Assembly: GCA_937864815.1 (NCBI GenBank)
Contig: CALMJY010000171.1
Coordinates: 1,997-65,996 of the forward strand
DNA length: 64,000 nt
Direction: 5' to 3'
Source of the DNA: an uncultured Bacteroidota bacterium
Lineage (GTDB): Bacteria > Bacteroidota > Bacteroidia > Bacteroidales > VadinHA17
Made by a program: the position numbers and the translations under genes. The first letter of the stretch is position 1, and each line of letters starts with the position of its first letter. Below are positions 63,150-64,000 of this stretch, piece after piece. Under the pieces are notes generated by a model. That model did not search any database. It was given only the letters and a program-made list of their open reading frames with translations, and was not told the DNA's origin.

Positions 63150-64000
63150 AAATTTCCAAAGGGTATTTTCCGTACTTATGAACGGTTTCAATCAATGCCA
63201 TCGCATTTTCGAGCGGGATGTCATCATGCAGGCTATGGTCGGTTGACAGAATATAACCACCACCAGGGGCTCCGGTTTTAAGACATTCGAGAGTCTCCTT
63301 AATTACATCTTCAGGAGTACCGGTAACCATTGTGGTTTTGTTATTTACATTGCCAATCGGGCATATTCTCCCTTTATAAAGTTGTTTGATCTTAGCCAGA
63401 TCCATGGATGCAGCCTTCTCAACAGGATGATATGCATCGATACCTGTATTTACAAGATCATCAATTATTTCCCAGAGATTGCCGTCGTTATGCATTATCA
63501 CGGGTAATCCATATGATTTCATTCCCTGCACAAGCTTTGTAAATGGTCCGATAAAAAACTCCCTGAACTGATCAGGTGAGATAAGTAGTCCATTCGTCCC
63601 TCCCCAGTCGTCGGAAATATGAAAAAGATCAACTCCACCTGTCTCAAAAGCAAGTTTAGCCGAGTCCAGGGCCCAATCAACAAATGCATCATTCATCTCC
63701 TGAACCAGATCAGGATCCATAAAAAGCGACATTGAGAGTGTCTCAAAATCCATCAGGTACCAGGTCATCATTGTAAAGGGACCAAGGAATCCGGCTGCAA
63801 TTGCCAGTTGCTTATCGTTTGCTGCTATGGCTTCTTTAAGTATTTTAAGCCTTCCGGGAGTATCCACTGCAGGCATCTTATATTTCACCCAGTCTTCCCT
63901 GCACTTTACAGGAGTATCGACCTGGGCAATGATAGGCCATCCGTTTTTCTTATAAGTCACCCCCCACTCATCTTTGTATATTTCATTCAGGGCATGAGGT
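63142..64000 (-). CDS. URO-D family protein (paralog 3, H-x-D variant), 5' end off-window
   Basis: The frame stays open beyond the GTG at 63960 to the window edge (..PHALNEIYKDEWGVTYKK..). The metal-site position reads MHNDG. The last codons and the stop lie inside repeat A8. Confidence 0.65.
   Translation of the reverse strand, partial: PHALNEIYKDEWGVTYKKNGWPIIAQVDTPVKCREDWVKYKMPAVDTPGRLKILKEAIAANDKQLAIAAGFLGPFTMMTWYLMDFETLSMSLFMDPDLVQEMNDAFVDWALDSAKLAFETGGVDLFHISDDWGGTNGLLISPDQFREFFIGPFTKLVQGMKSYGLPVIMHNDGNLWEIIDDLVNTGIDAYHPVEKAASMDLAKIKQLYKGRICPIGNVNNKTTMVTGTPEDVIKETLECLKTGAPGGGYILSTDHSLHDDIPLENAMALIETVHKYGKYPLEIYP

Noticed and set aside
1-64000. A search for known defence systems, prophage, IS elements, integrases, CRISPR-Cas, rRNA and tRNA genes.
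   Set aside because: None of the translated ORFs shows the hallmark motifs. The only mobile-element-like signals are the non-autonomous repeats reported above.

Overview
This window reads as a chromosomal segment of an anaerobic Bacteroidota genome, probably Bacteroidales or Marinilabiliales-like. Supporting signs are a 287-aa sigma-A type RpoD, Rho with a long N-terminal insertion, a tmRNA tag GETNYALAA, DUF4199, TAnnTTTG promoter motifs, PFOR, and many lipoprotein or Tat-exported glycan enzymes.

Gene content by region:
- 1-16.5 kb is housekeeping: miaA, rpe, rpoD, rho, nifJ, ruvX, def, comEC, trkAH, tsaC.
- 16.5-29.5 kb is one long minus-strand block: GDP-heptose genes gmhB-hddC-hddA, GT4, two glycosidases including GH95, two amidohydrolase-like proteins, and a saccharopine-dehydrogenase-like gene.
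- 30-34.6 kb holds a Tat-creatininase-family protein, an MFS transporter and an OmpR-type two-component pair.
- 34.9-41.3 kb is a minus-strand operon of sialidase, a GHL10-NamZ fusion and a MurNAc-L-Ala amidase.
- 41.5-46.7 kb is gntP, a LarA-like gene, a DUF1537 kinase and pdxA2 (four-carbon acid-sugar catabolism).
- After a ParE/RelE toxin-antitoxin pair, 47.5-64 kb is a glycan-related accessory region with three URO-D/MtaA-family paralogs, a sugar porter and an unassigned Tat protein.

Two RNA genes are missed by the ORF track: SRP RNA (14835-14933, minus) and tmRNA (29753-30144, plus). I found no tRNA, rRNA, CRISPR, transposase, integrase, prophage or recognisable defence genes.

The most unusual signal is non-coding, a very dense intergenic repeat landscape:
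- (i) Eight copies of a G/C-tract palindromic element (family A) plus one diverged relative. Two inverted pairs each bracket a single gene.
- (ii) Two identical 65-nt elements that fold into a linker-free four-way junction containing the GCGAAGC mini-hairpin. They bracket a 3-gene cassette in inverted orientation.
- (iii) About a dozen different heptanucleotide (one octanucleotide) tandem arrays in intercistronic gaps.
- (iv) CTCTGTG/CACAGAG hairpin elements.

All functional ideas about these repeats are inference. None can be verified without genome-wide searches and transcript data.
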